A DNA stretch of 64,000 bases from an uncultured Verrucomicrobiota bacterium (GCA_903873945.1 CAIQQM010000018.1:30719-94718), one strand, 5' to 3'. Positions 45,704 to 55,308 are shown, counted from the first letter of the stretch. Made by a program: numbers and translations. The notes: generated from the letters alone by a model not told the origin.

Positions 45704-47860
45704 CTAGGAACTCTTCTCCGTCTCGTCGGTGTTGACCGCATAATATTCGGCATACTTGTAGGAATAGTATGAGCGGGCGGAGGAGTCCGCGCGGTTCAAA
45801 ATCAATCCCAGCACCTTGGCCTGGCGCTGAAAAAGCAATTCCAGCGCCTCCCGAATTGCGCGGGCGTGGGAAAACCGGCTGCGCACCACGAACAAGGTGC
45901 CGTCCACCTTGGGCGCGAGCGTGGACGAATCGTCCGCCGCGAACACCGGGCTGCTGTCAAGAATGACGTAGTCGTATTGCTCGCGGAGCCGGGCGAGAAT
46001 CTGGTCAAACGCCGGGCTTAAAAACAGGTCACCGGGATTACGGGAAACGCTGCCGCGGGCCAGAAAGGAAAAATTCGGCAGGTCGGTCGTCTGAATGTAT
46101 TGATCGAGATATTCAGGCTGGTGGAGAGCTTCTTTCAAGCCGGGTTTGGACTGCAAGTTCAGGCGTTCATGAATATGGCCTTTGCGCAGGTCGGCGTCCA
46201 CCAGCAGCACCTTGGATCCGCCGAGGGCCATGGCCCGGGCCAGGTTGGTGGCGACGATGGATTTGCCCTCGTTGGGCACGGCGCTGGTGATGAGCAACAT
46301 TCTGGGCCGCTGCCCATCCACGGTCAGATAGAGCAGGGCCGAGCGAAGATTGCGGTAGGACTCGGCGAACATATGCCGGTCGTCGTTGTCGTTCAGGAGC
46401 ATCACCGGACCGGTTCCGGTCATTTCGGAAATTTCCGGCACCTGGCCGACGACACTGTCGCCGAATTTTTCCGTCACTTCACCGAGCGAATTAAACCGGT
46501 CGTCGCGCACGGTGATCAGGAAAATAATTCCAAAGCCCAGTCCCAGTCCAAGGATGACGGCCTGGGTCAGCACGGTTTGCGCCTCCTTGTAGGAGCGCTT
46601 GGCGGGCGTGGCGTTCTCGAGAATGGCGAGGCTTTCCTGATCAATGTTCCGGCTGATGTCCACGTTTTGCAGCAGGGACGAGAGTCGCTCATACAGCCCC
46701 TGGGTACGGAGCACGTTCTGCTTGAGGCGGTCCGCCGTGGCGATGCGCTGGTTGGAGTCGGCCATTTTGTCTTCCCACTCCTTGACGAACTGCTGGACGC
46801 TGTCAATTTTGATCTGGAGCGCCTGGCGGGTGGCCTCGATTTGCTCGTGATTTTGCTGGCGGTAAAAATCTGCCAGCTTTTGAGCGCGGGCGATTTCCTC
46901 ATCCAGTTTGACCATTTTGGGGTGCTTGGGGCGGAGATACTTGGCCAGCCGGTCGTGCTGCAGTTTGAGCAGTGCGATTTCCTTGTCGGCGTCCTGCCGT
47001 CCGGAAACGGAGGCGTTGACTGAACCGGATTTGTCGAGTGAATTGAAAAGCTTGTCTGTGGTGTTGGTCGCATTCGAGCTGTTCCAAGGTGCTTCCAGTT
47101 CGCGGGCGGCCAGCAGCTTCATCTGGAGCTGGTAGTCGGACAATTCGGTTTTCAACTTGGCCAGATAGCTGGCTTCGATGGTGCTCTCCTCCCGCAACAC
47201 CGCGAAGTTGTTGCTCTGTTCGTATGCGTCCAACGCCGCCTGTCCCTGCTTCATGTCCTGCCCCAGTTTCTGCACCTGTTCGGAAATGGAGGCCAGCGTG
47301 TCGCCGGACACCTCGCGCCGCACGTTTTTGCGATACTCCAGATATTGCTGCATCAAAGCGTCGAGATAGGCCGGGGTGAAGGCCGGGTTGGCGCTGCGAG
47401 CTTCAATCGTATAGACCGAGCTTTTCGGCGAGGAAAAAACCCGGATGTCCACGGGGAGCGGATCGTCGTTCTCGTCCAAGATGATGATGTTGGTGCCGAC
47501 CGACCGCATCCGGTTCAGCGTGAGGTTCCGCAGCATCTTGCTGCGCAGCAGCTCGGCCTGTGTGCCCAGGAAATTTTCCCGGTCCTCGGAGAAGGCGGCT
47601 CCGCCGGCAATCTGGATTTTTTCCGTTTCCCACATGCTCCCCACGGAGACAAAGGTGGGTGGGGTGAGGAAAAAAATGGTGATTGCCGTGCCGATGCTCA
47701 ACGCGAGGGTCAACACCGGGATCCACCAAAATTTGCGCAAAAAAAACAGCAGCTTTTGCAGGCGAAATTTAGGCGCGCCGGGCGTGGAGCTGCCGGTCGT
47801 CATGGGTTCCATCAATTGGAAACCTAAATCCGACGGCGGAACTGGTATTAAATCTTTCAT
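45704..47860 (-). CDS. Polysaccharide co-polymerase / BY-type tyrosine autokinase (Wzc/GumC-like)
   Basis: 718 aa. It has a Wzz-like N-terminal TM, a long coiled-coil periplasmic region and a second TM. The kinase domain has the P-loop VPNEGKS, DADLRKG and VILDSSPV, followed by the Tyr-rich tail SYYSYKYAEYY. Confidence 0.85.
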   Translation of the reverse strand: MKDLIPVPPSDLGFQLMEPMTTGSSTPGAPKFRLQKLLFFLRKFWWIPVLTLALSIGTAITIFFLTPPTFVSVGSMWETEKIQIAGGAAFSEDRENFLGTQAELLRSKMLRNLTLNRMRSVGTNIIILDENDDPLPVDIRVFSSPKSSVYTIEARSANPAFTPAYLDALMQQYLEYRKNVRREVSGDTLASISEQVQKLGQDMKQGQAALDAYEQSNNFAVLREESTIEASYLAKLKTELSDYQLQMKLLAARELEAPWNSSNATNTTDKLFNSLDKSGSVNASVSGRQDADKEIALLKLQHDRLAKYLRPKHPKMVKLDEEIARAQKLADFYRQQNHEQIEATRQALQIKIDSVQQFVKEWEDKMADSNQRIATADRLKQNVLRTQGLYERLSSLLQNVDISRNIDQESLAILENATPAKRSYKEAQTVLTQAVILGLGLGFGIIFLITVRDDRFNSLGEVTEKFGDSVVGQVPEISEMTGTGPVMLLNDNDDRHMFAESYRNLRSALLYLTVDGQRPRMLLITSAVPNEGKSIVATNLARAMALGGSKVLLVDADLRKGHIHERLNLQSKPGLKEALHQPEYLDQYIQTTDLPNFSFLARGSVSRNPGDLFLSPAFDQILARLREQYDYVILDSSPVFAADDSSTLAPKVDGTLFVVRSRFSHARAIREALELLFQRQAKVLGLILNRADSSARSYYSYKYAEYYAVNTDETEKSS

Positions 47861-47866
47861 GTATGC

Positions 47867-48607
47867 TTAAAACCGGATCATCCGTTCGGGCACAAAAATG
47901 AGGTCCCCGGGCTGCAACGGCAGGTCGTCTTGAGTCTCGCCCTTCTCGAAAATCCGCCCGACATTCACGGTGAAGGGCTTTTTGTTGTCCGTGCCGGAGC
48001 CCGTGCCACGCGTGACCCGGACATTTTTTTTATCGGCGAAATCCGTGAAACCGCCCGCCCGCAGAATGGCCTTGCTCACCGTCAGCGTTTCTTCGCTGGA
48101 GATGTCCTCCGGCCCCGGAGCGTGGATGGCCCCCACGAGATAAATTTTGCCGCGGCTGCGGGGCTTGGAGTTGACAGCTATGACAACGGTGGCTTGGAGG
48201 TAGTATTCCTTTTCCAGCTCGGTCTTGAGGGCGAGTGCCAGTTGCTTGCAGGTTTTGCCTGCCGCCGGGTAACGGCCAATGTAAAACACCTGCACGTCAC
48301 CCGAGTCCATCACGGTGAGGATCGTCGGGGCATCCTCGTCTTCCAAGATCTGAAAGCTCAAGGTGTCGCCAATTGCCAGACGGTATTGGTCGTCCAAGAC
48401 ATTGAAGGCGTTAGTGACATTGAGCGTGGCCGCCGCCTTTGCCGGCCCCGCCACCGGATTGGTCGCCAAGCCGTCGGCGGCTCTTAATCCGCCGGCGGCA
48501 AGCGCAAGCACCCCGAACAAGGCGGCCAAGATCAAACCGGGCAGGCGGCAGAAGCCTTTCGTCATCGGCGGATTCTGGCCGGGCAAAGGGTGAGTGCGTC
48601 CGTTCAT
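47867..48607 (-). CDS. Polysaccharide export protein (Wza-like: Poly_export + SLBB)
   Basis: 246 aa with a signal sequence, YRLAIGDTLSF and C-terminal PGDLIFVPE. The start could be the internal MTKGF. Confidence 0.8.
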   Translation of the reverse strand: MNGRTHPLPGQNPPMTKGFCRLPGLILAALFGVLALAAGGLRAADGLATNPVAGPAKAAATLNVTNAFNVLDDQYRLAIGDTLSFQILEDEDAPTILTVMDSGDVQVFYIGRYPAAGKTCKQLALALKTELEKEYYLQATVVIAVNSKPRSRGKIYLVGAIHAPGPEDISSEETLTVSKAILRAGGFTDFADKKNVRVTRGTGSGTDNKKPFTVNVGRIFEKGETQDDLPLQPGDLIFVPERMIRF

Positions 48608-49956
48608 TTGTGATGATAAGTCAGTTGCAGGCCGACGAGATTTTGCGTGTAGCCATCATTGGGCGTGCTAGAGGAACGCACGGTGATCCGATAGTTTAAT
48701 CCCAGTGAAAGCCAGCTGGTAAGCGGATGCTCAAGGCTCAACGAGCCGCCATACCAGTCAAAATTGCCGTTGGAATATCCCGGGAGGCTGCCCGAACTGC
48801 CTACGCCTTGATCGCCATGCTCGTAGAACAGCGAGGTGTTGAAATCAAAACCCTTGATGATTTTCCAGTTGATGTTCGGACGGACATACCAGTCTTCGAC
48901 CAAATCCGACGAGGTGCCAAGCTGGGTTTCGCGGCCGACTTCCAACGAGTAGCTCACGGAATCACTCGGTTGATGGGCGATATTCAAGCTGGCATACCAA
49001 CTGTTCTGGTCGGAGGTCTGGATGGACGTGCTCGTCTGCTGAAACTGATATATGGCATAGCCGCCGCGGGCGGTGACTTTCAGAAATTTACTGGGCTGGA
49101 ACTCGGCATAGGTGCCGGCGGTGTAGGCGTCATTGTTGTTCAACCCGTTCGCCCCCGATTGCGTATATCTGGTGAAGGCGGCGGTGGACTCCAGTCCGAC
49201 GGTCACCTTGGGATGCACCTGGAAACCGGCGCGGGCAAAGAGCATTTCAGCCGCGTGGGTGATGTTGTCAAATTGCGCGCTGGTGGACTGGATATTTTGA
49301 TGGTCATAGCCGGCGGACAGTGTGGCCTGGTTTAGATTCCAGGTGGCGGCCAGGCCCGCCGTGTTTTGGAACGTGCCGTAGTTGGGGGTGTTGGCCACGG
49401 TTCCGCTTTGCTGCGCCTCGTCCTGCACATAGCTCATCCAGTCGTGGAGGTTGAGCGTCACATCCTTGATGCCGATGTCGAATGAAAGCCCGGTTCGGGA
49501 GGCGGAATTCAAAACAAAAGTGCTCAAATTCGGATGCTTGAGATAGCGGTTGTAGCCAAGGGAGACGTCCACATAAAGCAGGTTGCGCTGGGTGAATGGA
49601 TAGCTGGCGGTAATCTCGACGGACGGCTTCACAATGTAATCATCCAAGGCGCTCGTGTCGGAAAGGTTCACATTGTCATTCCACTCCATTCCGATCGAAG
49701 GCAGCACCAGCATTCGAAAGTCGCCGTTCTTGAACGTATAATCCTCGGACTGCATCTGCTTGTCCCGCGCCGCCGAAACGGATTCGCCCGTCAGTGAATT
49801 CTGTAAGGCTTCCTGCGCCGGGGCGGTGCCCAGCTCGGCTAGGAGCAGCCAGGCTGCCAGCCAGCGGCGGCAGACCGGGCCGCTTTGGGTTGGTAAATAA
49901 TGGCCGGACTGGATTTTAGCTTTCTGAAATGCATTGGTATTGAAGGTGGTGAACAT
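48604..49956 (-). CDS. Putative outer-membrane beta-barrel protein associated with the EPS/PEP-CTERM locus
   Basis: 450 aa with a signal-like N-terminus and an alternating beta-strand pattern rich in Y/S/T/N/G. It is the first gene of the export block and overlaps the next gene by 4 nt. Confidence 0.55.
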   Translation of the reverse strand: MFTTFNTNAFQKAKIQSGHYLPTQSGPVCRRWLAAWLLLAELGTAPAQEALQNSLTGESVSAARDKQMQSEDYTFKNGDFRMLVLPSIGMEWNDNVNLSDTSALDDYIVKPSVEITASYPFTQRNLLYVDVSLGYNRYLKHPNLSTFVLNSASRTGLSFDIGIKDVTLNLHDWMSYVQDEAQQSGTVANTPNYGTFQNTAGLAATWNLNQATLSAGYDHQNIQSTSAQFDNITHAAEMLFARAGFQVHPKVTVGLESTAAFTRYTQSGANGLNNNDAYTAGTYAEFQPSKFLKVTARGGYAIYQFQQTSTSIQTSDQNSWYASLNIAHQPSDSVSYSLEVGRETQLGTSSDLVEDWYVRPNINWKIIKGFDFNTSLFYEHGDQGVGSSGSLPGYSNGNFDWYGGSLSLEHPLTSWLSLGLNYRITVRSSSTPNDGYTQNLVGLQLTYHHK

Positions 49957-50111
49957 ATTTATAGTTCCTTCTAATTAGGTGCCAACTAAATCAAAATTCC
50001 TGCCGTTCAGCAACATCTGAAGCTCTTCGCATGATAAACGGGAGCCGTCAAACTGGGACATTCTCGACGGCGCCGTCTCAAAAAGGCGCAGTCTATGTTT
50101 GGCTCCGGCTC

Positions 50112-51167
50112 TCATTCGGCCGCCCTTGCTCCGGGCGAATTGTGCTTGCGGTTCGAGGAGGCATGAATTCCAAACAGCAAATCCCGGCGTTTCAAGTCCT
50201 CCAAAATGTCCGTTCCGTTGGATAATTTGCGGGCAAAGATTGTTAATGCCTCTGGCGGAGATTTTTCAAGCCGGTTGTCCGGCGGGCATGGGCCGGTGGC
50301 ATGAGGCGTGCTGCCAAGTTTGTTTTTTCCAAGTCCGGGTGCGGGCGGAGTTCCGGGCTGAAGCGCCGATTTGCGCCACTGGCCGGGGCTGGTGCCAAAC
50401 CGCCGTTTGAAGCAGGTGTTAAAAAGCCCCAGGTGGTTGAAGCCGCATTGTTTAGACACGTTGATGATTTTTGCGTTGGCATCCCGCAATAATGAAATGG
50501 CTTTTAACAGGCGCATTTCCATTCTCAAGGCCGCCACTGAAACCCCAAAATGCTGATGGAAAAGCCGGTTGAGATGGCGGCGACTGCAACTGAACCGGTC
50601 GGCCAGTTCGCCCACGGAGAGATTGGTGAGTTCTGACGTCGAAAGTTTTTCAAAAACCTGGATCATATGATCCTCCATGCGGACATAGCCGCTTTGCCGG
50701 GTTTGCGCCTCCTTAAACTCCAGTGACAAAATGCTGGCGGCAATCCGGATTAGCTGGCCACGATGATCCAAGTTAATCTGGGGTGGAACCATGCCCAGCA
50801 GCCGCTGGCATTCCATCGCCAGCGGGCTTCGGGCCGGATAAATTTTTGTGGCTTTGAAACTTTCGGCGACGTTGTGTAAAAAGCTGATTTCATTGCTCGC
50901 AAACAGCGGCAGCAAATTTTCAAAGCACACCGAAAAAGTCCAGAAGAGGAATTCTCCTTTGTTGTTCGCCACCGCGAGCCGGCCGCCGACGGTTTCGTCG
51001 AAAACCAAAACGTCGCCGCCCAGCAGCCGGTGGGCGGTTGTTTTCGAGGTGTATTTGCCCGTGCCGCCCTTGGCAAACACAAAAACCAGCCCGCCCCCTG
51101 ATGGCGTCCATTCTTCAGAGGACTTCAACCGTGCCAGCCGCAATGACAGAGGGTCTTGATTGTTCAA
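50112..51167 (-). CDS. AraC-family transcriptional regulator
   Basis: 351 aa with a TTG start. It has the dual HTH region LADRFSCSRRHLNRLFHQHFGVSVAALRMEMRLLKAISLL...GFNHLGLFNTCFKRRFGTSPGQWR and a ~95 aa C-terminal tail. Confidence 0.85.
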   Translation of the reverse strand: MNNQDPLSLRLARLKSSEEWTPSGGGLVFVFAKGGTGKYTSKTTAHRLLGGDVLVFDETVGGRLAVANNKGEFLFWTFSVCFENLLPLFASNEISFLHNVAESFKATKIYPARSPLAMECQRLLGMVPPQINLDHRGQLIRIAASILSLEFKEAQTRQSGYVRMEDHMIQVFEKLSTSELTNLSVGELADRFSCSRRHLNRLFHQHFGVSVAALRMEMRLLKAISLLRDANAKIINVSKQCGFNHLGLFNTCFKRRFGTSPGQWRKSALQPGTPPAPGLGKNKLGSTPHATGPCPPDNRLEKSPPEALTIFARKLSNGTDILEDLKRRDLLFGIHASSNRKHNSPGARAAE

Positions 51168-51849
51168 TTGGCACCTAAAAGAATTAGTTTTGGCAAATGC
51201 TTATCCTCCGACTTCGAACTGGCTACCGGGGCTGACGACCATGCAGCCAGCGAATCCGCAGCGGAGACAGCCTCTTGATTTTGAGTTTTCTCAGTCTTTT
51301 TTTTCATTTTAGTCGCGCCAGTCCAGAGACTGATAAAAAAGAGTGTAATGTCACGCTTGCACGTCAAACCTCCACTGGCTGCTCGCCTGCCAGTGTGTTT
51401 GGCTGGCAGGCATATTCCATCCCGACACTTCCAATTATGGACCAAGCCCGCTTCAAAGTCCATACACATCCAATCTCATCCTTTATGGTTTAGGGAGACT
51501 TCGGCCAATATACGCATGGCACGGGAAAGCACAACATTATTGGAAGATCCAGCCAGTTTTTTTGTGGATGGGCGAAATGTACATCCTTTGAAACTGAAAA
51601 CCCATGTATTTTTTCAGGACAAGGCAGACAGTTCTGTCTTGAATGCCTTCATGCGGAATCAATCAGGACGCCTGAACATGACATTTTTCAACTGAAACCA
51701 CTTCTGCGGGCGGCGAAGCAAAGTGGCAAAAAGCCGGGTTAGTGTTGGAAATCATCACAAATTTCGTTCGTTTTTGGAGGAAGACGCCGGCTTGAAAAAT
51801 TACCCTCCGCAGCGGCATCCATGTTGGCAGGGGTTATGCAATATGCAGC

Positions 51850-52416
51850 TTGATGAAATGTCAGACCAACTCAATCCAATATCGCAGGACAAGGTTTTTT
51901 CTGCTGTGCTGGGTGGTCTTTACAATGATTTTCACCGTTTTGCCGGCACTCGCGAGCACAAGCATTCCCCTACAGTGGCTTCGCAGCACCGATCCAGCGG
52001 TCACCGGCTACAAAATTTATTATGGCGTGACGAGCCATGCTTACACCACCTCGATTGATGTGGGCAACGTCACCAACACTGTCATCACCGGATTATCCGC
52101 AAATTTAACCTATTATTTTGCCGCCACGGCCTATAATGCTTCCGGTGTCGAAAGCGATTTTTCCAACGAGGGCACCTATACGACGACCAATGCGGTTGTG
52201 CCCACACCGGCGGCGGCCCTGACCTCCGCGGTGAGGAGCAGCGGGCGGTTCTCCTTTAATGTCGAGGGCTTCACTGGAACCAACTATGTCGTGCAGGCTT
52301 CCACCGACCTCGTTCATTGGACGAGCTTGCAGACCAACAGCGGCTCGTTCACGTTTGAAGACCCCAATGCCGCCCAATTCAGCCAACGCTTCTACCGCAC
52401 CGTCACGCTGCCTTGA
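51850..52416 (+). CDS. Secreted fibronectin type III domain protein with a C-terminal 'STDLxxW...RFYR' module
   Basis: 188 aa; ATG at 51853 is the likely start. A signal peptide is followed by an FN3 domain (VTGYKIYYGVTSHAYTTSIDVGNVTNTVITGLSANLTYYFAATAYNASGVES). The C-terminus is YVVQASTDLVHWTSLQTN...SQRFYRTVTLP. Confidence 0.75.
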   Translation: MMKCQTNSIQYRRTRFFLLCWVVFTMIFTVLPALASTSIPLQWLRSTDPAVTGYKIYYGVTSHAYTTSIDVGNVTNTVITGLSANLTYYFAATAYNASGVESDFSNEGTYTTTNAVVPTPAAALTSAVRSSGRFSFNVEGFTGTNYVVQASTDLVHWTSLQTNSGSFTFEDPNAAQFSQRFYRTVTLP

Positions 52417-52443
52417 AACTGGATCAGAACGCGGTTGCCGTTT

Positions 52444-52938
52444 TCAAATCAATTCCAAATCGTCCGCCTCCATTTTGACGGCCGCCGCCTGGCTGATGAA
52501 ATCCAGCCGCAACAAAACCGTGCTCATGCCGTGACGCTTCTCCACCCAGCCTTCGACGCCCCGGAGCGGGCCGCTTTTGATTTTGACGCGCGCGCCCTCG
52601 CCAATCGTCGGTGCGAGCCGGATTTCCAAGTCTGTCTCCACCGCGCGCAGAACCATGCCCAGTTGCCAGACGAACAGGTCCTGGTCGGCGACTTCCAGCA
52701 ACCGGGACAAATACTTGCTTTGCAGCACGGCACTGCGCCGAGCGGAGGGAATTTGAAGAAAAACATAGCCGGGAAAAAGCGGCTTCTGAAAGATCACTGT
52801 TTTTCCGCGATACTTGTGGGCCGACCGACAGCAAGGCAGCGTGGCGGACAGGTTTTCCCGCTCGCAAAATTGCAGCAGTTTTTTCTCGCAGCGTGGTCGC
52901 GTATGGGCGACATACCAAAGCAGCTGGCTCACGCCCAT
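52444..52938 (-). CDS. NusG-family paralog (RfaH/UpxY-like operon-specific antiterminator candidate)
   Basis: 164 aa. It has the NGN-like N-terminus WYVAHTRPRCEKKLLQFCERENLSATLP and the KOW-like GARVKIKSGPLRGVEGWV. Confidence 0.8.
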   Translation of the reverse strand: MGVSQLLWYVAHTRPRCEKKLLQFCERENLSATLPCCRSAHKYRGKTVIFQKPLFPGYVFLQIPSARRSAVLQSKYLSRLLEVADQDLFVWQLGMVLRAVETDLEIRLAPTIGEGARVKIKSGPLRGVEGWVEKRHGMSTVLLRLDFISQAAAVKMEADDLELI

Positions 52939-53061
52939 CAGCTTGTTACCCCACCGGCCAGTGTCAAGCCCCGGAGTTTCCGGCCCCGCAATTCAGTTTA
53001 TTTGCTTTTGGCCGCCAGGATTCTGTTGTATGTAAATTCCGTCAAATCATAATAACAAGGG

Positions 53062-55308
53062 ATGAAAAAAAATGGCTTAATCCTGCTGGTGGAGGACGAC
53101 CACGATCTCCGCCAGATGTTTGCCATCTGCCTGCGCCATGAAGGTTACGAGGTGCTGGAAGCGGCCACTGGTTTGGCCGGACTCGAACTGGCGCAGGCCC
53201 GCCAGCCGGATTTGGTGCTGCTCGATGTCGGGCTGCCGGACATCAGCGGCATGGAAGTCTGCCGGCAAATCAAGGGCGACCCGAAACTGCAAGACGTCTT
53301 TGTCGCCTTCTGCTCCAGCGAGGCGACGAGCGAACAGCACAAGGTCAGCGGTTTTCAGACCGGCGCGGATGAATATCTGGTCAAGCCGTTCGGCCTGCAG
53401 GAACTGGTAGCGCGGGTGCAGACGCTGGTGCGCCTCCGCAACACCACCGCCGCGCTCCGAGCCAGCGAGGAACATTATCGCCGACTGATTGACATTTTGC
53501 CGGACGCGGTCTGCCTGATTCACCCCCAAGGGCATCTGCTCGCGGTCAATTCACAGGCGATGGTCATACTCGGTTATACCAGCACCGACGAACTGCTGCA
53601 CAAAAGCATTTTTGAGCTCACCCCGGCCGAAGAGCACGAGCGCATCAAAGCGGACATTGGAAAAGCATTGAAAGAGGGCATCATCCGAAACGCAGAGTAT
53701 GTGATGCTCAAAAAGGCCGGGGCGCCGTTCCAAGTGGAATTGAGCGCGACCGTTTCACTAGGCATTAACAACCAGCCGGTCGGACTGTTGAGCGTGGTGC
53801 GCGACATCACCGAGCGCAAGCAGGCACAGGAAGCCCTGCGGGCCAGTGAGGAACGCTTCCGCCAACTGGCCTACCACATCCGCGAGGTGTTCTGGATGAG
53901 CAACGCCGACAAGAGCAAGATCATCTACGTCAGTCCGGCTTACGAGGAAATCTGGGGGGAAACCTGCAGCAACCTTTACGCTTCGCCCCGCAGTTGGACT
54001 AACGCCATCCATCCCGACGACCGCAAGCTCGTTTTGGAAAACACCATCGCCAAACAGCTCACCGGCGAGTATGACGAGGTGTATCGCATCGTCCGGCCCG
54101 ACGGCTCGATCCGGTGGATTCAGGATCGCGCCTTCCCCATTCGCGACGCGTCCGGGAACATCTACCGCATTGTCGGCATCGCCGATGACATCACCAAGCG
54201 CAAGCAGGCGTGGGACGCGCTCGGCGAAAGCGAGGCCCGCAAGCGGGCCATCATGCAGGCCGCGCTGGACGGCATCATCACCATTGATCATGAAGGCCGG
54301 ATGATTGAACTGAATTCCGCCGCCGAAAAAATCTTCGCCCACAACCGGCCGAAGCTCATCGGCGAAAAAGTGATGGAAGTCATTCCCACCTCCTTCCGGT
54401 CGTGGTTTCAGGACGGGCTGGCCAGTTGTTTTGCCGGCGACAAAGGCCCTACTTGTGGCAGCCGCATCGAGATGCCCGCGCTGCGGGCGGATGGCAGCAG
54501 TTTCTCCGCCGAGTTCACCATCACCCGCATCCGGCTCGCGGGACCGCCGATGTTCACGATTTACATCCGCGACATCACGCAGCGCAAGCGCGCCGAGGCC
54601 GAGCTGCGGGCCTTGTCGCAACGCATCATTAAGGCCCAGGAAGCCGAGCGCTCGCGCATTGCGCAGGAACTGCACGACGGCATCAACCAACTCATCGCCT
54701 CCGTGAAAATGCGGCTCCGCAAAGTCGAAGGCAGCCTGCCCGACCGCAAGCCCGCCGCCCGAGAAATCCTCCAGCGCTGCGACCGGCTGCTCGTGAAAGT
54801 ATTGGAGGAAAACCGCCGGATCGCGCACAACCTCCGGCCCACCGACCTCGATAATCTGGGTTTGGCCGCCGCCGTCACCAGCTTTTGCAGCGAGGTCCAG
54901 TTGCGGACCAATTTGCAGTTCCAATGCCGGCTCACCGCCTCCAGCCGGCGGCTGTCGCCCGTGGTGGAACTGCACCTTTTCCGCATCGTGCAGGAGGCCG
55001 TCAACAACATCGAAAAACATGGCCGCGCCAAATCGGTCCGGCTGGAGCTGCGGTTTCAGGAGGATTTCGCGGTGCTGAAAATCCAGGATGACGGCCAAGG
55101 GTTCGACGCCAAAACCGTCAAGGCAGGAAATAAAATGCGGCATGGTCTCGGCCTGACCAATATACGGGAGCGGGCCTTGTCCCTCGGCGGCACCTATGAA
55201 ATCAAATCCGCTCCCGGCGACGGAACGACCGTGGCCGTGCGCGTGCCATTGACGGTCGCCCGTCGCGGCACCAGTCCCAAAAGAAAACGGGCGGTGGCCG
55301 CAGCCTGA
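53062..55308 (+). CDS. Hybrid sensor: N-terminal receiver, multiple PAS domains, HisKA_3/HATPase_c kinase
   Basis: 748 aa. The REC domain has LLVEDDHDL...LVLLDVGLPDISG. At least three PAS-like blocks each end in ..DITERK/DITKRK/DITQRK. The H-box is ERSRIAQELHDGINQ and the ATPase domain has GLGLTNIRERA. Confidence 0.9.
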   Translation: MKKNGLILLVEDDHDLRQMFAICLRHEGYEVLEAATGLAGLELAQARQPDLVLLDVGLPDISGMEVCRQIKGDPKLQDVFVAFCSSEATSEQHKVSGFQTGADEYLVKPFGLQELVARVQTLVRLRNTTAALRASEEHYRRLIDILPDAVCLIHPQGHLLAVNSQAMVILGYTSTDELLHKSIFELTPAEEHERIKADIGKALKEGIIRNAEYVMLKKAGAPFQVELSATVSLGINNQPVGLLSVVRDITERKQAQEALRASEERFRQLAYHIREVFWMSNADKSKIIYVSPAYEEIWGETCSNLYASPRSWTNAIHPDDRKLVLENTIAKQLTGEYDEVYRIVRPDGSIRWIQDRAFPIRDASGNIYRIVGIADDITKRKQAWDALGESEARKRAIMQAALDGIITIDHEGRMIELNSAAEKIFAHNRPKLIGEKVMEVIPTSFRSWFQDGLASCFAGDKGPTCGSRIEMPALRADGSSFSAEFTITRIRLAGPPMFTIYIRDITQRKRAEAELRALSQRIIKAQEAERSRIAQELHDGINQLIASVKMRLRKVEGSLPDRKPAAREILQRCDRLLVKVLEENRRIAHNLRPTDLDNLGLAAAVTSFCSEVQLRTNLQFQCRLTASSRRLSPVVELHLFRIVQEAVNNIEKHGRAKSVRLELRFQEDFAVLKIQDDGQGFDAKTVKAGNKMRHGLGLTNIRERALSLGGTYEIKSAPGDGTTVAVRVPLTVARRGTSPKRKRAVAAA

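Noticed and set aside
51169-51185. Sigma-54-like TGGCAC boxes at 51169 and 56408
   Set aside because: The -12 element is missing at the required spacing: TGGCAC-ctaaa-agaat and TGGCAC-gcgct-gccgg, versus the consensus TGGCAC-N5-TTGCW.
53758-55143. 461-aa minus-strand ORF
   Set aside because: It is antisense to the REC-PAS-HisKA_3 kinase, which has clear H-box and ATPase motifs. The antisense product has none.
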